From the NCBI GenBank assembly GCA_002269645.1, contig NIVC01000654.1, forward strand, positions 189,009 to 253,008: a stretch of 64,000 nt of DNA, read 5' to 3'. The stretch is from Macrostomum lignano (lineage: Eukaryota). The position numbers and the translations under genes were made by a program. Of the stretch, positions 35,344 through 48,430 are shown one piece after another (position 1 is the stretch's first letter; every line of letters starts with the position of its first letter). The notes below the pieces were generated by a model. That model had not been told where the DNA came from. It searched no databases and worked only from the letters and a program-made list of their open reading frames with translations.

Positions 35344-38300
35344 GGGGTCTGTATAAAAGCCGGCAACGAACACTGGCATCACTGGCAGCAGTGTACTAAA
35401 ACAAATCTTTTTCCTATGTTTATATTTAATAAAGTTCCAGTGTCAGTTTAACTAAAAAATATATATTTATTCTTAAAATTTTAGATTTTATTGCACTTTA
35501 CAAGAGCGTAATAAGCAAAATTCTAAATCAGCGATTTTTTTAATTTCCACTGGCATTTTGCATTCGACTTCATATAATATGCATTTTTATACAAGCTAAT
35601 CAAATGACAATAAACTCCTTTTTCTCGTCATCATTTTCTCGAGCCTCTCTATGAACTTCGTTTTTTGCACTCTGCCTTTGCTCCTATATGGCACAAAATT
35701 TAAATTTGTGCAAAATCATAAAATGAATTACAATTTTAGTAAACAAAATATACAGTTCTTTCTTATCGCTGAACAGTGAATCGTTGAATTAGTTGAGCCA
35801 CTTTCCATTTTTACTACTAGTAGTATTACTAAAACTGCTACATCTTTAACTGTATATATGTAAACCTGTATACATACTGCATTATGGCACATTGAGTGCA
35901 TATATCCACCTTTGATTTCTTTCATATCAGCTTTGCATGCATGTCTTAATACATTTAATTCTGTTGAGCTCAGACGGTTATATCTGCCCTGATTTGTTGA
36001 TTAACTCAGAGAATAGCCCCCATCTGGATGACTGTAGGCTGTAACTCGGCCACAAAATCAAATTTTATTTTATTAGACCGTCTTTTCAATTCGAAGCAAT
36101 ATGTACACTTTTTAGGTCAGTAAATGATGTCTTAAAGTCAATTAATTGTTCTAGATAATTTTCAACACGACACACATACATGTATTGCATGAAAAAGTAA
36201 TTATATATACATACAGAGTAACATCACTTCCTTTTACATGTATAGAAATTTTACTATGGTTACTTAACCAGTTAACAAAAATTACAATTGTGGCGTAACG
36301 AAAATTGCGAGGTCGCAACAAAACGCCAATGCAAAGTTACCTACTAGTAGGGCACTGCGACTCTGTTTCCTTAAGCGACCTTCTGGCGACAACATCTGGA
36401 TGTACACGCAGCTGGTTTTGGTTGCAGGCAGTCTCAGGCTATACTTGCCAGTTCCTTGTAATTCAGTAAGTATAAAAGTAGCATGGAAATGCAACTACCC
36501 AGCTTCATTTTGTGAATTTTTAATGAGAAAATACTAACTTTTTAATAATAATTTTTCCTATCAAGAAAATCCATTCATAATTCACCAAAAATTTACATGT
36601 CATCTCATGTTTATGTTTTTACTTATAGTTTTTTTCTTGTCATGTTTACAGTTTTATTCCTTGATCCTTTATTGCATTTTTCATTACAGAGTTTGCATGG
36701 TTGTTGATTAAATATTTCTGTAATGTCTCAAAATAAAAAAATCTATGTGTATTTCAGCATCTAGTTCGCTTCTTCTGGGACTTTGACAGCACAACAATTA
36801 ATCAGTTAATATTGCTTCTTGCTCATTTAAACTGTATTTTTGCTTTTATTTTTATTATTTTACTTTTGGAAATTATGAATTTCTTTTTTTAAATTATATA
36901 CCTCTTTCATGGCTGCAATTAATGTTTATATCGCCAAATTTAATTATTTCATGTAAGTTTCGTAGTGCTTTCGTTCAAATATTGTGTGAGTTTTCACACA
37001 TAAATTTTCATTTAATAAGTATACGGCCGCCAAATCAATACTTCAAGAAGGATACTACACAGTGTACCAAGGCTGACATATGCAAATAAAAACATGATTG
37101 TGAGAGTATACATTTTTCAGTCAAATCCTGAACAATGCAGCTATTTTATGTCCACGGAATTTGTATCCTTGACTTTCAGTTTAGTTATTTTTATATTATC
37201 CTTGGTTTTTACCAAGGACGACTTAAGTAGAAGGACGGGAAACCTCGTTTCTTAGAAAGTTTTTGAAGGCACTTTTTCCCGAAAAAATACACTGCGGAGA
37301 TAGGAAATTTTCATTTTTTCAGCACAAAAATTGCTATAACTTTTGATAGGAGGCAGATCCAGTGTTGATCTTTTGATATGTTGTGCCTTTTTTATTGCTC
37401 TATCGATATTTATAAAGCTTTCCGTTCAGAAAATTAGGATTCTATGTTAATTTTTTATTCTACGTATATTTTCATGTGTCTTGTGCTTGAAATACATTAG
37501 AATGCCACGGCTTGGCTCTTTGATTTTATGAGTCTATTTTATCCTTCTTACCTGACTGTATAGCAAATAGTCGTAACATAGATGATAAAATAGATTCATA
37601 AAACCAAATATTAGAGCTGTGTCATGCATTTTTGTGATTTTTAGATACAGGAAATATACGTAGAATAAAAAATTAACATAGAATCCTAATTTTCTGAACG
37701 GAAAGCTTTATAAATATCGATAGAGCAATAAAAAAGGCACAACATATCAAAAGATCAACACTGGATCTGCCTCCTATCAAAAGTTATAGCAATTTTTGTG
37801 CTGAAAAAATGAAAATTTCCTATCTCCGCAGTGTATTTTTTCGGGAAAAAGTGCCTTCAAAAAATTTCTAAGAAACGAGGTTTCCCGTCCTTCTACTTAA
37901 GTCGTCCTTGGTTTTTACTTGAACGAACCACGAACGAATGTAGCATCCAAATATTTAGTATATGATATGACTTCAGATGAAATTAAATCACCTTAATAAG
38001 TAAAATCAAGATTTATTAGTATAGTATATGTAAAAATCACAGATTTATACACTTTAAGCTCCGTTCATATACATGCAAACGTGCAATCATCAGCGGCATA
38101 CATAATAAGTACGTGTACCTATAATAAAATTTAGTGGCTATGAGTTGAATATTGAATCTTTTAGATATCAATAAAGCTAAAGTTTTATGGATAACTTTCT
38201 TAAAAGCTACTGCATTAATTTTTAAAAAATAACATAAACTGTGTTTAAAAACACAGCGAGTCGTTAGTTAATTATAATTTATTAGAACTTTTGTTTAACT

Positions 38301-38353
38301 ACACTGATTCCAGTGATGCCAGTGATGCCAGTACCAGCTTTTATACAGACCCC
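35344..38353. mobile_element. ~3.0-kb non-autonomous DNA transposon, superfamily unassigned
   Basis: TIRs GGGGTCTGTATAAAAGC.. / ..GCTTTTATACAGACCCC (17 bp identical, ~60 bp imperfect); direct flank GTTTTAT at 35337-35343 and 38354-38360. No transposase ORF seen. Confidence 0.75.
37213..37910. mobile_element. Foldback MITE (698 bp) with ~260-bp near-perfect TIRs and 8-bp TSD (P- or hAT-type)
   Basis: CAAGGACGACTTAAGTAG.. / ..CTACTTAAGTCGTCCTTG; TSD GTTTTTAC at 37205-37212 and 37911-37918; nested in the 35344 element. Confidence 0.92.
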
Positions 38354-38489
38354 GTTTTATATACTGCAAGTGATAACTGCAAGATATTTCTATGAATTAT
38401 ACGGTATAGTATAACAAAAAAGTACGATAATGCTAAATAAGAAAGTAAAATTTAGGTGTAATGTTAAAAGAGATGAATATGCTGTACAT

Positions 38490-41400
38490 CCCAGTGAAAA
38501 ATGATTCATGGATTCCACGTGGGTTCCACGTGGCCATGTGGAATTTAAATGTTTCTTTATTTTTTGCAAATTATTAACTTAAAGATGACATAATGGTATG
38601 CAAAGTATTTTTTATGCATTATTTTTTTATTTTTACTGTCCTAATGTTGATGTGGATTTTACAAGGAATTCATGAGAAATAAGCGTATATTGATTCAACA
38701 TGGAATCCACTTCGGTAAAAAACTGTGATACACCACATTCAGACATTTTTAGGAAATTACTATAATTAATTATTATATTTATATGTTTTTAAGTAAAAAT
38801 TAATGTCTTAAAGCTAAATTTTAATCGGCAAATAAGACACTGTTTGTTAAAATAGACAAAATAGAAGTGAACAATAAAAAACGCTTCGTGCTTTTTAAAA
38901 TTAAATTTATTTTATTCGTCAATGTTTTGATTCAAGGCCTTGAAAGATAAATTGCCTTGTTTATGGCTATTTAAGCACCTTAAAAATTTTAGTAGACCTA
39001 GCCTATAGGCAATAACTTATCAGGCCATAGCCTCCATGAGATTAGAAATTAGATAAATCAGTATTTTATCATAGATTGGCCTAATACTTTTGGTAAAATC
39101 CATGATAAATTTATTTAGGCCTAGGCCTCCAATTTCTAGGAATCCCATGGCCATGTCCATAGATTGGCTACTCATTTTTTTAACTTAAATAGGCCTTTAG
39201 AAGTTCATAATTTCCTCTTAGTCCTACCTATTAGTCCTATCTATTTATATGTATGCTTAATAGGTGTATTTTAAGCTAGGCCTGCTATAACTATCAATTT
39301 AGGTCCTTCTATTTTAATTAAGGTTAGGACTAGCTTGACTTTGTGAATTGTGACTAGTCAATCTAGTTAATATGTTAAAAATCAATTAATTTATGATTTT
39401 CTTCAAAAAAGTCTGTTAGCATCTTTTGGACTTGTTGCATTTTTAAAAACAATATTATTAATTATAATAAATAATTCTTTGCAATTATACTTGCAACTTG
39501 CTTTTGGCATAGCTAGCCTAGCAGATCCCTAAGGTTGCTAATAAAAATAAAGAATGATTATTATAAATTTGATCTGATTTAGGCCAAGTCCAGAATTTAA
39601 TTTTAAGCCATAGGGCATAGCTATTTAGGCTTAGGTTAGGCCTAGGCCTAATGTTTAATTATACTATTTTTTTTATTAGAGGCAGGCGGGTTGTGTGCAC
39701 CCTGGCGCACTTTAAGCGACATAGGCACACAACTGGCAAGAGGCATTGCTGCCCATTCCGCCGACTTCCCTGAGCAGGCACACAAGTATTTGGATATGTA
39801 TGCAAGCACACTCACACAGGAATGTACAGCGGCCCTAGCTTTATTTATCGTTAGGCATGTATACTTCACTGTGCCTTGGGGGGTTGGCTCTCAAGGCCAT
39901 TAATTGCATGAGCAGAGAGCCAAGCTGAGATTCCAATTCAGCCCCAAATTAATATGACTGCACTTGGATTCGAGCTTGGGTCGCTGGCACACCAGAGCAG
40001 CTGCGCTACCACTTGGCTACGGCCCCCCTTTTAATCATACTAGGCCAGCAAATATAAAAAACATGCATTGCTTTGCCTAAATACTTTATAGTCTAAAATC
40101 AATTTTAAAATAAAAAATTAAATTTATAGAAACATGTATTAATTATTTTTATACTTATTATTTTAATTTTATTAATTTTATTTTATTGATTGACTTAGGT
40201 AGGGTTTTCTTTTTTGCTAGAGACAAGGTGCAAAATCATACCCTATGCTCACTTTTAGGGTTTTATGATTTTAAGGCTTAGAATGCAGTTTCTTTTTTTT
40301 CTTATATAAAGGCAATGCAAATAAGGCTTCAACATAAAAATAGGTAATGAGATTGCACCTAAACTGTATCAACTTTTTAATTTCAGTTTTCAAGGTACAA
40401 TTTTAAGATTTAGGGTGCACTTGACTTACTTGACTTAGCTGCAGGGGGCTCTGTGCATCCGGAAACAGCGAGGAGGCATTGCTGCCCATTTTGCTAACCC
40501 CTGGCAAAGGCATATGCACACTTTGCGCTTAAAAAATAAACCTAGGACTTAGGCCTAGTTAATTTTAAAATAAACTTTATTAAGTATTCATCCTTAAATT
40601 AGTTTTATGAATTATATCAATATTATCTATCAATCTTAATTGGCAACAATTATTTTTCTATTTCATTTCAGCCTAACATTACATGGCCCATCCTCAAACT
40701 TGGATGTCACCTTGGTCTTGCCTTTGAAGAAGCATGCAAAGCTACTTGGAATTGGAATTTAATATCTCGAATGCTACCTTTTGTGAAGCAATGGTAAGTT
40801 TTAGTTATAAACTGATTTTTTCTGTCATCAAAATCTGTTATAAGATCAAAATCTATCAAAATCTATTACAAAATCTATTATCAATCTGTTATAAAATTCT
40901 GTAATTTAACCCCTTTCTTTTCTAAGGTTGCTCACCTGACCTGAAGAAGCAGCATTCTGGCAATTGGCAGCAGCATGTTTCTGACTGTTCTAATTCTGGT
41001 GCATTATATTATTGTTAATTAATTAATGCTATTGACAATGTCAATTTCAAATTATATATTATATCATATGCGCAGCGCAACTCTAAAGATATCAATATCT
41101 ACATCAGTGTGTTTATTCTTTGTGTGCTAGTGACTCACTACTGTACATAAATACACCTTACTTATTGATACATCCTTTTTGAATATATTTTTGTGCAGAA
41201 ATATTTTTGGCTATAGCTAATGTTTTATCTGTGTTTCAGTTTCTTTTATATGGTATTGAGATCTGGGGTTTGTATGAAATTTTGAGATCTGGTATTATTT
41301 TGAGATTTAGGATGCAACAATTTATTATGGCAACCAGTATAATGGCTGCTTACTCAATGACAATGTGGATTCTATGTGAAATACATAATTACTTCCATGT

Positions 41401-41514
41401 GGATCTTCCATGTGGAATCCATATCTTGATTCCACATGGATGGACGGAGACAAATGCACATATGGATTTCATATGAAAAATCCACATGGAATCCATATCA
41501 TTTTTTTCACTGGG
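38490..41514. mobile_element. ~3.0-kb CACTA/EnSpm-like non-autonomous element with 2-bp TSD AT
   Basis: TIRs CCCAGTGAAAAA(A)TGAT..TGGATTCCA[C/T]GTGG with CCATGTGGAA subterminal repeats. The joined flanks TACAT|GTACGACGC match an empty paralogous site at 33619. Confidence 0.75.
39690..40028 (-). mobile_element. tRNA-derived SINE, family B (most complete copy)
   Basis: Minus-strand head GGGGCCGTAGCCAAGTGG (A box) and GCTCGAATCC (degenerate B box), with an A-rich tail. Body fragments recur at ~20185-20235 (-), 40440-40530 (-), 43380-43575 (-), 45312-45460 (+) and 61790-61950 (+). Confidence 0.75.
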
Positions 41515-42835
41515 ATGTACGACGCAGATTAAGAATTAAAAAGCATGAAAGAAAGTGACGTCGTCACAATCTGAGCGTCGTGTATATTTGTGAAGCTTAC
41601 TGTTCTGTTCTAAGTGAAAATAGAACAAAAGTAGTAGTGCCTCACTCAGCAGTTCAGCTCACTGTGTGTGTGTCTGTCTGTCTTTGTCTACTCATGGCTA
41701 TAGGCCGCAGGCCTGCAGCTATTGCACTTGCTATTTCCATCCTGTTATATTTAATCTTCTATATTGTCAAATTGATATAATATAAAAAGTATAGAAAAAA
41801 TACTTTTTTATTTTTAACCAAAGCTCTACCTTTAACTAAAGGCGAAGCATCCAGTTTTTTCTATGATATGATATTGAAATACCATTTACTAAAAAATCCA
41901 TTCACAAAAAGGACTCAAGACCTAATTCTTTGATGTATTTAAATATGCTTGTACCTTGAAAGATAGGGCCTTTGCTAAGGCCCAAGCCAAGGCAATGCCA
42001 ATCACAGATTCGCATTCATAATCAATACCCATGCCATGGCATTACATTGCCTAGGTGTAGGCTAGGCTCTATGCCCCTATTCAATGAATAAAAGTTGTTT
42101 AGGCCTAATTAGACATAGTCATATAGACTAGCTAGTAAAGTGCAAAAAGTTAGGCCCAGTATAGCAATAGTAATCAAAATGCTTATTTAAGTTATTTAGC
42201 TATTTTGCAGAGTGTAGGCCTATACAAAGTAGCAATTATTGACTTATAGGCCTATCTATCTATTATAGATAGATATAGCTATTCTCTATAGCTAGGCCCT
42301 ATTCTGCCTTACTTGCAATCTTGCATTTAAATTAAATGAAACATAAATAAATGAAGCTATTAATTTCATTATAGGCCTGATCAAAGCCACTTAGCAGATA
42401 TATGTTTATATAATTTAGTTTAGTAGGCCTAAGTAAAATTAATGCATTTTAATACATTTTAAAGCTAAGGCTTATTTATTGGCTTTTATCCCCCTAGCTT
42501 AAACTTTTAATCACAGGGCCTACCTTTTAATATTAAGCTTAACTGCTTAACATATATAGTATATAGCTTTGGCTAATTGGATTTTATAATATGTTAAAAC
42601 TGATATCAAAATTAAAACTGATTTTTCAATATCATTTGAATAATATATCAATCATTGCTAGGCCTATTTTAGTCATTTATATCAAAAAATTAGTTTTTAA
42701 CTTAGTTTTATTTTTTTGAGAAATATCATTATGATATAAAAGTAGAAAAATTATTACAAGATTTAAATTTTTTTTACTTATCCACTTTATATTTAAATTT
42801 CCAGGTTATAAATTTCCATATATTAGTAGTTAACA

Positions 42836-45800
42836 ATGTTGCCAGATCTAGTCAAACTGCCAATAAAACAGCTTGCAATGCATCAAATTAGTAATAAAAA
42901 CAATCGCAAACTGATGCACAGAACTAGTGAGCATCAGAATCTACTTGATATGCTCACTAGATTCTCGCGTGATGGCCAATGCAATTCAGTCATTGTGTCT
43001 GGGCCTCCTGGCAGCGGCAAGTCGGCTCTTGTCCAGTCTGTACTACAAGAGGCTGGGAAACAGCGAGATTTTGCTGGCAGCGTCATTGTGGTACAGCTGC
43101 ATGGCTTGGAACACTTTGATGATAGAAGCACCTTGCAGGTATGTGGTGCCACCAACTTGTATATAATATAATGGGACCTGAGCTTTTGAGCATCAATTGT
43201 AGTGCCATTTGGCATCCTGGGTCTAAATTCAGGATGGTACCAAGTTAAAAAACAATGTTTACAGATTTCTCAAATTTAACAACTTGGCAAGTTTTTCATT
43301 AGAGGCAATTGGTGCACTTTTAGCAATATTGTCACAGAGGTATTACTGCTCATTCCACCAACTCCCCTGAGTGCACTGATACGTACGCAGTCATATGCAC
43401 AGGAACACTCACACATGGATGTACAGCGGCCCTTAACTTAATTCATCGTTAAACATATACACTTCATTATGCCTTGGAGGTTTGGCCCTCAAGGGCGTTG
43501 ATTGCACAAGCAGAGCCAAGCCAAAATTCCAATTTAATTTAGCCTCAAATTAATGTGACTGCACTTGGAATCGAGCAAGTATTGAATTATTGGTGGATAG
43601 AACTCACTGTAAAAACAAAACTTTTCGATACATATCGGTAAAGAGCACCGATTGTTTTTATTCTACACCAACTCGCTCAATGACTTATCCTCTAATTGTT
43701 TTATTCGTTAATCCCAGGCCATTGCTCGAACACTTCGCGTCGAAAGCGATTTAGAAGGTCGAATCTTTTCTGGCACAAACGAGCAGCTGCACTTCATCAT
43801 CAGCCTGCTGCAGTCGGGCAACGCCGAGACTCTGCGGGTGCTGTTCGTGCTGGAAGAGTTCGATCTGTTTGCCCAGCGCAAGGGCCAGTCGCTGCTCTAC
43901 ACTCTGCTAGACGTGGCCCAGTCTCGCGTTGTGCCCGTCTGCCTGCTGGGCGTCACTTCGCGGGTCAGCGTTGGCGAATTGCTGGAGAAGCGGGTTAAAT
44001 CGCGATTCAGCCATCGGCATATTCGGCTGAGGTGCGTTTTCAGTAATTATGGGATGTCTCTGGATTCTGCTTGCTTTCTTCAAAGATCCTCAGTTGCTGG
44101 GCCAGCCTCCTAGATCCTCAGTTGCTGGGCCAGCCTCCCAGATCCCCAGTTGCTGGGCCAGCCTCCCAGATCCCCAGTTGCTGGGCCAGCCTCCCAGATC
44201 CTCAGTTGCTCGGCCAGCCTCCCAGATCCTCAGTTGCTGGGCCAGCCTCCCAGAGTGTCAGTTGCTGGGCCAGCCTCCCAGAGTGTCAGTTGCTGGGCCA
44301 GCCTCCCAGAGTGTCAGTTGCTGGGCCAGTCTCCCAGACCCTCATACCACTAAGAGATCACATTGCAGGCTAATTAATATATTTGAAAACAAATCCTCTC
44401 CACCCTCTCACAGATGCGACTGGACCCTGGACGAGTACGTTGCCGTCGCGCTCTCGCTGCTGCACCTGTCCGAGCGGGCCCCAACGGGTGTTGGCGCAGC
44501 CGAAAAAAACGATTTCAAGAGTCGTGTTGGGGTAGGCGGTAGCAGTGAACTATCAATGAATTGATCAGTTCTCTCGATTTGAGTATATTTGTGTCGATTT
44601 AGATGCGATTTTTATTGAGAAATTTCTGTCGAGGCATATGTACTAAATTTTTTTAAATTTAGCTTTTTTGTCTGAGGCTTTCCAATTCTGTTAAGCAATT
44701 AAAGAAATTGAAGTTGAACAATTCCGTTTGGTGATAAGTTGCTATGCAAGGGCTTTGGAAAGGGTGTTGGCGCCCCTGGTGTTGGCGCCCCTGGTGCTGG
44801 CGCCCCTGGTGCTGGCGCCCCTGGTGCTGGCGCCCCTGGTGCTGGCGCCCCTGATGCTAAAGCCCCTGGTGCTAAAGTCCCTGGTGCTAAAGCCCCTGGT
44901 GCTAAAGCCTCTGGTGCTAAAGCCTCTGGTGCTAAAGCCCCTGCTGCTAAAGCCCCTGCTGCTAAAGCCCCTGGTGCTAAAGCCCCTGGTGCTAAAGCCT
45001 CTGGTGCTAAAGCCTCTGGTGCTAAAGCCCCTGCTGCTAAAGCCCCTGCTGCTAAAGCCCCTGCTGCTAAAGCCTCTGGTGCTAAAGCCCCTGCTGCTAA
45101 AGCCCCTGGTGCTAAAGCCCCTGCTGCTAAAGCCCCTGGTGCTAAAGCCCCTGGTGCTAAAGCCCCTGGTGCTAAAGTCCCTGGTGCTAAAGCCCCTGGT
45201 GCTAAAGCCCCTGCTGCTAAAGCCCCTGGTGCTAAAGCCCCTGCTGCTAAAGCCCCTGGTGCTAAAGCCCCTGGTGCTAAAGCCCCTGATGCTAAAGCTA
45301 GTTACATCCAGAAGAGCCAACCCCCACCCCAAGGCAGAGAGTGTACATGCCTGACGATTAGAAAGTCAGGGCTGCTGTACACCCTGTGGGAGCGTGTGTT
45401 ATGAGTGCTTTCCTTTGTACAGTATGTACTGACGTGCCTGTACGTGCTCAAGAGTCAGCAAAATAAAGTCGCTAAGCAAGTTGCCTCTCCCCTCTGTCCC
45501 CACACGCACAGCAATGGAACTCTAATATTGATTCGCTACTTCGACACGACGAGAATTGTCGATCTGTTCTGGTCAGGCATTTGCAAATCTATGGCGGCCG
45601 GCCTAAGCCCCTCATTAACCTGCTGTCCGTGGCTGTGGCTCTGCTGCCAGACGGCGAGTCGCTATTAACTGCAGAGGATTTGAAATCTGCTCAACAGTCC
45701 ATGCTAACTGAATTGGCTCTGCCTCAGCTGTGCGACTTGTCCATTGTTGAGCTGTGCCTACTAGTGGCGGCCAATCACATTGACAATGGCCACAGGCCAG

Positions 45801-46093
45801 TCAGCTTCGAGAGCGTCTACACTGAATACGTTCGATTCTGCCAATCGAAAATGCCTCATCTGCAGTACGAACGAGATTTGATTCGGCGAGCGTTTGACTC
45901 GCTGCTGGAATCCGGGCTGATGGCGCCGGCTAGCGATAGCGCCGGATGCGGCGATCTTGGCGGCGTCGCTCTGGGCAAACGCGAAGAATTCGTGTGCCTG
46001 GTGCCGCCAGAGATTCTAGTGCAAGGTGTCAATCAGTATCCCAATCGACCGGAGGATGTCAGACAATGGGCGGCTCGGTGCTGCAAGCGCTGA
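42836..46093 (+). CDS. ORC4: Origin recognition complex subunit 4 (~438 aa)
   Basis: Walker A NSVIVSGPPGSGKS, Walker B VLFVLEEFDLFA, QSLLYTLLDVAQS, LLEKRVKSRFSHR and C-terminal YPNRPEDVRQWA. Exons 42836 (or 42878)-43138, 43718-44031, 44414-~44531, 45512-46093. Confidence 0.94.
43380..43575 (-). mobile_element. SINE family B fragment in ORC4 intron 1
   Basis: Colinear similarity to 39790-39975. Confidence 0.7.
44085..44340 (+). repeat. 28-bp minisatellite (CAGTTGCTGGGCCAGCCTCCCAGAGTGT), ORC4 intron 2
   Basis: Period 28. Confidence 0.93.
44760..45300 (+). repeat. 15-bp minisatellite, array 3, ORC4 intron 3
   Basis: Same family as the arrays at 16966 and 20241; starts with CTGGCGCCC variants. 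Confidence 0.96.
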
Positions 46094-46199
46094 TCATGCC
46101 TCGGGCTCGATTCTTCTGAGGCTGGAAGTTTGGAATTGTCAGGGTGTGAAGGGCAGTGGGTATGAAAACTTTTGCGGCCTTCTGAAGTTTACTGACCTT

Positions 46200-47050
46200 C
46201 ATCTGATCTCTCCCAGCTCCTCTCTGATCTCCCTCTCTCCCTTACCTCCCCTCGCTGATCTCCTTAGTCTCCCCTCTCTGATCTCCCTCTCCCTCATCTC
46301 CCCTCTCTAATCTCCCTCTCCATCATCTCCCCTCTCTGATCTCCCTCTCCCTCATCTCCCCTCTCTAATCTCCCTCTCCATCATCTCCCCTCTCTGATCT
46401 CCCTCTCCCTCATCTCCCCTCTCTAATCTCCCTCTCCATCATCTCCCCTCTCTGATCTCTTTCTCCCTCATCTCCCCTCTCTAATCTCCCTCTCCATCAT
46501 CTCCCCTCTCTGATCTCCCTCTCCCTCATCTCCCCTCTCTGATCTCCCTCTCTGATCTCCCTCTCCATCATCTCCCCTCTCTGATCTCCCTCTCTGATCT
46601 CCCTCTCCATCATCTCCCTCTCTGATCTCCCTCTCCCTCATCTCCCCTCTCTGATCTCCCTCTCCATCATCTCCCCTCTCTGATCTCCCTCTCTGATCTC
46701 CCTCTCCATCATCTCCCTCTCTGATCTCCCTCTCCCTCATCTCCCCTCTCTGATCTCCCTCTCTGATCTCCCTCTCCATCATCTCCCTCTCTGATCTCCC
46801 TCTCCATCATCTCCCCTCTCTGATCTCCCTCTCTGATCTCCCTCTCCCTCATCTCCCCTCTCTGATCTCCCTTTCCCTCATCTCCCCTCTCTGATCTCCC
46901 TCTCCCTCATCTCCCCTCTCTGATCTCCCTCTCCCTCATCTCCCCTCTCTGATCTCCCTCTCCCTCATCTCCCCTCTCTGATCTCCCTCTCCCTCATCTC
47001 CCCTCTCTGATCTCCCTCTCTGATCTCCCTCTCTGATCTCCCTCTCTAAT
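46200..47050. repeat. CT-rich polypyrimidine repeat (TCTCCCCTCTCTGATCTCCCTC..)
   Basis: Low-complexity units with higher-order periodicity. Confidence 0.93.
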
Positions 47051-47699
47051 CTCTATCTAAAGTATGAATTAATTCGCGCTTGCAAATGCTAATTAATTTT
47101 TCGTTGAAAACGTTGCTCGAATTTCTACTTAAAGTAGCTAGTTTAGCGTTATCTGATTGTAAATATACTTTTCTATCATAATTCCCGCGCAGTCCAGTCG
47201 CAGTTAGTGCATTTGTCATGGCTGCTTCAAATAAAATTCCTCTGGTTGCCCGGTTAACGGTCATGAAAACATTGAGAAAAGCGCAGGATATATCGCATAT
47301 ATTTGCATTTCTAATCCTCTCCCCATCAAAAAATTGACGATTTTCTCATTATTTATTCATCATTTTATATGCTATCTACTAGTGTCCAGTGCAAGGAAAG
47401 ACTACTATTGTGTGTGTATTATCTGTCAAAGTTGATCTATAACTATGCGCAATCATGGGGTTGATTTTGCGTTAAATTAATGACTCTGTGGGGTTACTTG
47501 GAATTATTTGTGTACTTTTAAAACACCTGGCGCTGTTTTAAATCGCATTTACCGTTTGCTAATGTATTTAAATCTTTCACTTGCTGATTAATATACAATT
47601 TTCTAAATACCGCAGTAAGTGTTTTTTATTAAATTTTAATTGCTTCAATATTGGCTTGATATTTCGCATTGGTGCTTTATCAGAACCCAACTTTTTTTG

Positions 47700-48430
47700 C
47701 AGGGCCAGCCTCCCAGATCCCCAGTTGCTGGGCCAGCCTCCCAGAGTGTCAGTTGCTGGGCCAGCCTCCGAGAGTGTCAGTTGCTGGGCCAGCATCCCAG
47801 AGTGTCAGTTGCTGGGCCAGCCTCCCAGAGTGTCAGTTGCTGGGCCAGCCTCCCAGAGTGTCAGTTGCTGTGCCAGCCTCCCAGAGTGTCAGTTGCTGGG
47901 CCAGCCTCCCAGAGTGTCAGTTGCTGGACCAAGCTCCAGAGTCTCAGTTGCTGGACCAAGCTCCAGAGTGTCAGTTGCTGGGCCAAGCTCCAGAGTGTCA
48001 GTTGCTGGGCCAAGCTCCAGAGTGTCAGTTGCTGGACCAAGCTCCAGAGTATCAGTTGCTGGGCCAAGCTCCAGAGTATCAGTTGCTGGGCCAAGCTCCA
48101 GAGTATCAGTTGCTGGACCAAGCTCCAGAGTATCAGTTGCTGGGCCAAGCTCCAGAGTATCAGTTGCTGGGCCAAGCTCCAGAGTGTCAGTTGCTGGACC
48201 AAGCTCCAGAGTATCAGTTGCTGGGCCAAGCTCCAGAGTGTCAGTTGCTGGACCAAGCTCCAGAGTATCAGTTGCTGGACGAAGCTCCAGAGTATCAGTT
48301 GCTGGGCCAAGCTCCAGAGTGTCAGTTGCTGGACCAAGCTCCAGAGTATCAGTTGCTGGGCCAAGCTCCAGAGTATCAGTTGCTGGGCCAAGCTCCAGAG
48401 TGTCAGTTGCTGTACCAGCCTCCCAGATCC
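47700..48430 (+). repeat. 28-bp to 27-bp minisatellite, same family as 44085
   Basis: 28-bp units switch at ~47925 to CAGTTGCTGG[G/A]CCAAGCTCCAGAGT[G/A]T (27 bp). Confidence 0.95.
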
